Source: Catajapyx aquilonaris
Lineage: Eukaryota
NCBI GenBank assembly: GCA_000934665.2
Contig: JYFJ02000886.1
Coordinates: 62,001 to 103,022 of the forward strand
Length of the DNA stretch: 41,022 bases
Reading direction: 5' to 3'
Position 1 is the first letter of the stretch; the number at the start of each line of letters is the position of its first letter. The notes under the pieces were generated by a model, which had not been told where the DNA came from, made no database searches, and worked only from the letters and a program-made list of their open reading frames with translations. Positions 35,626 through 41,022 of this stretch are shown here, piece after piece. Position numbers and translations under genes: made by a program.

Positions 35626-37313
35626 TTAGTTTCAGTTGATCTGCTCTCCCAGTCACTAACCTAACGTAAGCTATACAGAACTAATGCAAAAGAAACGGTC
35701 CCGCTGCAAGGTAAGGGCACATAGGAATCAGACGCTGCCCGGTACATCAAATATTCATACAACATGGGCGTGTATTCTAGCCTCTAGAGTGTAAGAGACG
35801 TGCTACATGCCAGAATGCATTTCTTTCTAGCACTTTATGCAACATTATGACGTTCTGATTGTCTTAAAAATAACTCTGCATAATACATGTTTCTGACTTT
35901 AGTGTCAGGCGACGGCCAACAGATTGGCACAAAACGAGGGTAAAATGTTTGTTTGAAGTTAAAGCAACAGAGACGACCTGGCTATAAGAAGATATACAGT
36001 GTGTTCCAAGTATTAGGGTCCTTGTAGTTATCACTTTCGCCAGAAGTTGTTGTTTTTGCGTAGCTTTTTGTGCTCCGATGGAGGCACCCAATTATTTGGC
36101 AGCTGCTATACGCCTGGAAATAATTGGGAACCTCCATCAGGGCACGCAAAAATAACAAATTCGGGTGAAACTTGCTCTAACTAAAAGGACCCGGATACAG
36201 TATTTGGAACACATTGTATAGGTATAAAATAATGAACAAAAATATAGATAAAAGAAAAAAAATGGTATGCAGATGAACAGTACCTGCCTATATGCCGTGT
36301 AGCCTCTGTCAGCTCTCATCCGTATCGGTGAGAATGGCACGTTAATCTTCTCATTCACTTTGAATGGTGGTGTGCGTAGAAGTAAGAACTAACTTATATG
36401 CAACGCATTTTCATCCAGATCTTCTCTTCTGAATATATTGTACCGTAGGTGTACCGGTACATATGAACTTCAATATAAAATGACAAAACCTACTCCACTC
36501 CATTTGATGTTCAGCATGACAGAAGCGCAGGTCTAAGAACATATTCTGGTATAATCAAAATCGGCACTTTTTACTATTAATATGTCCTATTTCGCATATT
36601 TTTATTATATTTTGCAGGATTAACATTCATATTGCGTTGAATTTGCTCCTATGATTTTTTACCAAACTACGTAACACAGGGTTTCTCTCCCTTCAGTATA
36701 CGTAAAGCTATATGTGACTTTTTTCCTGAATATAACACACCTCACAATGTACTCACAATCACTGCTAATGAATCCTCTTACCGGAATCCTCCTGATACCA
36801 GTCTGCATTACTGGCTCCCACACCTGCAACAACAATGTACAGTATAGCACATCATAAAATATGAAAATAAGTATTAGTAAAGCAATAAAAGTATCACAAA
36901 CAATTTGCACTTCCATAAGCTCTTGATACAGGTTGCACCTAAAGCAAACATAGTGGTGAAAAAATATGCAATTATCCCTCGGGTTATGTTTACTGGCGTG
37001 TATAGTTTCTTTGTTATGATGAGGGCTACATAATTTAATTTTAACTTGAGTTTCCTTGCTTATACAGTAATTTCTAACACTAACATTAGGCTATTAATAG
37101 ACAACTATTCCTGCACCCTATGCAGACTTACACTAGGCCTACTCAAAATACAGATTTTCAGTCTCATGTGGTACTGTACGTACGCCAATAAGTTGAGGAG
37201 GAGTCGGACACCGACTGTGTAAAGGTAATTGCGCCCCTTCAGTCAGAGAACTCTTAGGCCCCGGTCACACTTTTCTCGTTTTTATTTGATACGCCCTCGT
37301 ATACTCGTATGTG

Positions 37314-37568
37314 CGTAAATATGGTGTTATGAAGTTGCCTACGTACGTACAGAGGGGCATCTTGGTCCCACGATGGCACTAAAATGGCTCTTGTCCTACA
37401 CGTAGCATCAAAGTTAAAATGCGCGACAGGAGGCAGAAGTATTCGCTCAGTGCACGAACTGCGTTAAATGAATTAGCTCACCAACAATACGAGAGGAGCC
37501 ATTTTAGTGCCATCGTGGGGCCGAGATGTCCTTCTGCATGTAGGAAGCTTCATAACACCATATTTATG
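37314..37568. mobile_element. Inverted-repeat MITE remnant
   Basis: taaatatggtgttatgaag...cccacgatggcactaaaatggctc / gagccattttagtgccatcgtggg...cttcataacaccatattta. True termini not resolved. Confidence 0.7.
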
Positions 37569-39448
37569 GACGTTTGTTGTCCATTTTCTCTTTCCCATAA
37601 TATTTCGACTAGGGACGTTTTCAGGGGAGCGAATTATTTATGTGAAGTAAAATAGAATGCGTGTCAAATGACCACAATATATAATATTTTTTATTATTCA
37701 GTCGCCTTAGTTGGACCAATAAAGTGCCTTTAAAATCCTCCTGACTCAAAGCAATAGTTGAATTCATTCACTGTCATTCTTGCACAATGCTCTTTCCACT
37801 CTTAATGTCGGTGTTCATGTGCACGAATGAGCATAGCAAAACAATAAAATGCGCAAATAAAACACCACACTCAATGAGCACATTTACAATGCAGAAAGGA
37901 GGGGACTAAGGATCGATTTTGTCATGAGACGCAATATATTTTTAGTTGAGCTTTGTTGTTATTAATAGCTGATGAAAAATTGACATTGAATTGAAAATTG
38001 AAGCTAAAATTTATAGTTATATTATTTTCATTGCGACGTTGCATTTTACAGCCTCGATATTAATTTTTTCAATAATTGTGGCCACATAAGGAACTAGGAA
38101 CCTTGATAATAATAATAACTTTCAGACATTCAAAAAAGAGGATATTTTCCTGCAGTTATCTAGAGTCTGAAATATGGGAGAAGTTCCCACCATGGTCCTA
38201 TATAGTGTATAAAACGCACCGTGACCTTTTCAGTTGCAATTATCTTATAATTGTAGCTCAGAAATATGTCCTTTCATCCTGTAATGCAGCTAAAGTCGTG
38301 CTTCAATGCTTTCATTCACTGTAATTGAGCCTATGTCTGTCGGAGTAGTTCTCTTTGCACAGCATTTTGTCCACAACAAACCACATGCACACTGTTTGCT
38401 TTAGCTAATCAAAATGTTAGGTACATTTCTGGACTCATTTTAAATATTAATATCGAGTGAAATTACTAGACAGCTTTGTGAAGACCGTAAAATATCTGTC
38501 TAGTTTCAAGCAACATAATTTTGACAAAATTATTACATGGGTGAAAGCAACTAAACAGTTTTAATATATCATTTGTAAATAGCATCCCCCCCTTCTGTGT
38601 AAAAGTCAACAGTTACATTTGAATATTCTTTATCCCACAGTGTACAAATGACAAGCAAGATTTATCAACGGTTATTCCAATTTTCATTTCACGAATTGAA
38701 ATATTTGGATTTTATTTTGCATATAAACGATGTTATACTGCCCACGTCCCCAGTGTAAGACGTTATGGATCATTAACCACACCAGCCCCAATTATCTGAG
38801 GATAACTTTACTATAATAGGCCCTATTCATAGCAGTCCTTCAAGCCCTCCAGATCACATCATTTAGAAATATCAGTACTCTGAATATTGGGTAAGCAATT
38901 CTGGCAGCACATTCACCTGCGAAGCAGAAAGGAAAAAAATTCTCCTCCTTTCGTCCTGAGGACGTGAAAAAGCCTTTCAATGACGTCATGGGAGAGATTG
39001 GAATCTGTCTGGTAGGACGCGGGAAGAGTGCAGAATGAAAACGATCTGGGGAACGGAAGACAATAATCCTCACTCCACGCGAGATTCAAGAGGCGATCTT
39101 TTTTATGGGACCATATCATAGCAATAGCAAAGGCCTAAACCTAGTCAAACTGGAATAATCTTGCCTGCAATGTAGATGAGGGCAAAGGAGTAGAGGCAGG
39201 GATACACTACACTGCTTTGGCTGCAAGTGGCGGCTGCCATAGAAGGCAGAGTACCACCCAGTGGTCGAGTAAGGATCATGTAACTGGAGGGTATACTGTA
39301 TAGTCAGCGCATGCTAAGATGAACGTTGTGCTGCAGTGCTTAGAGGTAATCAATTTGCTACTTAGAAAGTTGTGTCCAGGCATGACTTTTTACCATAATA
39401 GATGTTATGTTTGGTGCAACTGTAATAAAGGCATTTTAATATACACTC

Positions 39449-39597
39449 AGGCTCAAACCACGAAAACGCTCATTGTTTAGTCCAGAAAGAGTTCTGGCTG
39501 GTTTGAAAACGACCATTCCGCGATCTGGCCGTTTTATAAGAAGCATTTCGCGAAATTGAATTTTTTCTCTCAATGAAAGTTTTCAGCGTTTGAGTCT
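39449..39597. mobile_element. Degraded MITE-like inverted repeat
   Basis: aggctcaaac..gaaaacgctcattg / caatgaaagttttcagcgtttgagtct. Confidence 0.4.
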
Positions 39598-39689
39598 AAC
39601 ATATAGCCCTAGGTAGTACATGTACATTAAAGGTTTTGGGTCATATTTTTACACTGTAATGAAATATTATTGCAGTGACAAAACACACG

Positions 39690-39857
39690 TTGTGCATGCC
39701 AGAGCCCCTTCGCAGACTATTAAAAGGATTGGGTACATGAACATAATATTAGCACCAAATAGCTTTGACAACCATTGAAAGTAACAAGAGCAAAAGTACA
39801 AGCAGCTTAGCCAAACAAACAGCCCCATTAGTCATAAAAGTATTTTGGATCACCCTG
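39690..39857. mobile_element. MITE family C, right half
   Basis: gccagagcccctt..aaaaggattgggt..taatattagca matches 27209-27266. Ends TATTTTGGATCACCCTG like 14030-14045. Confidence 0.72.
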
Positions 39858-41022
39858 TGTATGGGCCTCTGTGTGTGTTTTGCTATTATTATTATTGTTG
39901 TTGTTGATTTTATTTGTATTATTTATGTATTTAAATATATATTTATAAATAATAAAAGTGATAGAAGTGCAACTGTAGTAAGGAGATTGGTAGTTCAACC
40001 TACGCGTTTGTGCCATTTTTTTCCCTGATCAAATGACAGCCTCTTCGATACTATACCGTATATGCACAAGACTCTTGCGACAAAAGTAACTTAAAATACC
40101 GTGAAACAATAAATTTTGCACGGTGAAAAGGCTCTTCTGGATGAATATGGAAGGCTCCAAGAGTATAGCACAAAATTCTTACAATGTTCAAAAAGAAGTT
40201 TTTTTTTGGCCTTACACAAACCACATAATCAATGTCCATAACTTTTAAATACCTCTTTAATACATCAGAAGCTGCAAGGCTGTTGTCACTGACAGTCCAT
40301 TGACCACAACATGATGGGTATGTGGCAATCATTTTCTGAAGCCGCACTGACTTGTTTTCAGTAGTAGGAATGTTGGTCCTGCAGAACAATTCCGTTGCTG
40401 TCACTTCTTACAGCATGTTCATACTGTATGGGGGAATGAGTGGGTCTCTACTGCCTTTGTTGGCAGAAACATTTCCAGATGCCCAGCGTATGAGGAAGGA
40501 TCATGAACCACCTAGAAAGAAAGTGAAGAATGTTTTTAGTGGATTATTCCAGTGACAGTCTGTGGATACGAAGCAAGATTTACGATATTGCTTTCACATT
40601 ATGTTATCAATTAGTACGCAAATTTCGTCTGAAAATTACGAGGTCATGTTTTCTTCACTTGTCCTTATCGACCTCATCGTAACGTGCTGATGTAACCTTT
40701 TTTGTTACGACTACAGAATTCATGTACAGACTCAGGCAGAACTGTCCCTTTAATGGACAGGCTCAGGTCACTGTAAAAGCCTTTTAGCAGATCACATTAC
40801 ACTATCCTTGAGCTATAGGTGTAGGCTAGTCTTTGTCTGAGGTTTTGCTCTAGCTGGCCTCAGGTCTTGACGAATCTAAAACCTCCCGGCGACCCCCAAA
40901 ACAAGTGCACACAGTACACCATACATGAGGAAACTCAGGAATAATGGGCGACAGAAGAATAAGGCGCAATCTAAAACTCGTGACATAGGCGATCATGCTA
41001 CTACTGTAGATTGGTTGTGGGG

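Noticed and set aside
34931..35664. Paired 110-127-aa ORFs on opposite strands
   Set aside because: They are artefacts of the long inverted repeat.
38943..38970. Hammerhead-like pieces (ctgagga...gaaa on +; gtcctcaggacgaaa on -)
   Set aside because: The plus strand lacks stems I and II, and the minus strand lacks the CUGANGA box.
40051..40555. 117-aa minus ORF and a candidate exon after a good acceptor
   Set aside because: All three frames after the acceptor contain stops, and no homology is recognisable.
1..41022. CRISPR array, prokaryotic operon or defence system
   Set aside because: No regularly spaced repeat-spacer units and no long ORFs. The repeats are eukaryotic SINEs, MITEs and microsatellites.

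Overview
This window is animal (metazoan) nuclear DNA, probably from an invertebrate and possibly an arthropod, and is intergenic or intronic. It is not prokaryotic: I see no operons, rRNA, CRISPR array or intact long CDS, and the ORF track is mostly noise. It is a dense transposable-element graveyard. It holds four families of tRNA-derived SINEs (one carrying the V-domain), many TA-flanked Tc1/mariner/pogo-type MITEs, a PIF/Harbinger MITE, a long-TIR foldback with a 3-bp TSD, a TTAA-flanked Kolobok-type element carrying a frameshifted THAP domain, and several microsatellites. An apparently intronless, heavily decayed USP40-like deubiquitinase pseudogene lies at about 3965-5600 and is cut by later insertions. 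The most interesting signals are two conserved 3' stem-loop tail modules shared between unrelated retroposons (one with compensatory stem changes), several nested insertions whose order can be read from their TSDs, and an apparent GTAC target preference of several MITEs. I do not see a demonstrable new protein-coding system. Family assignments rest on recalled motifs and need database confirmation.
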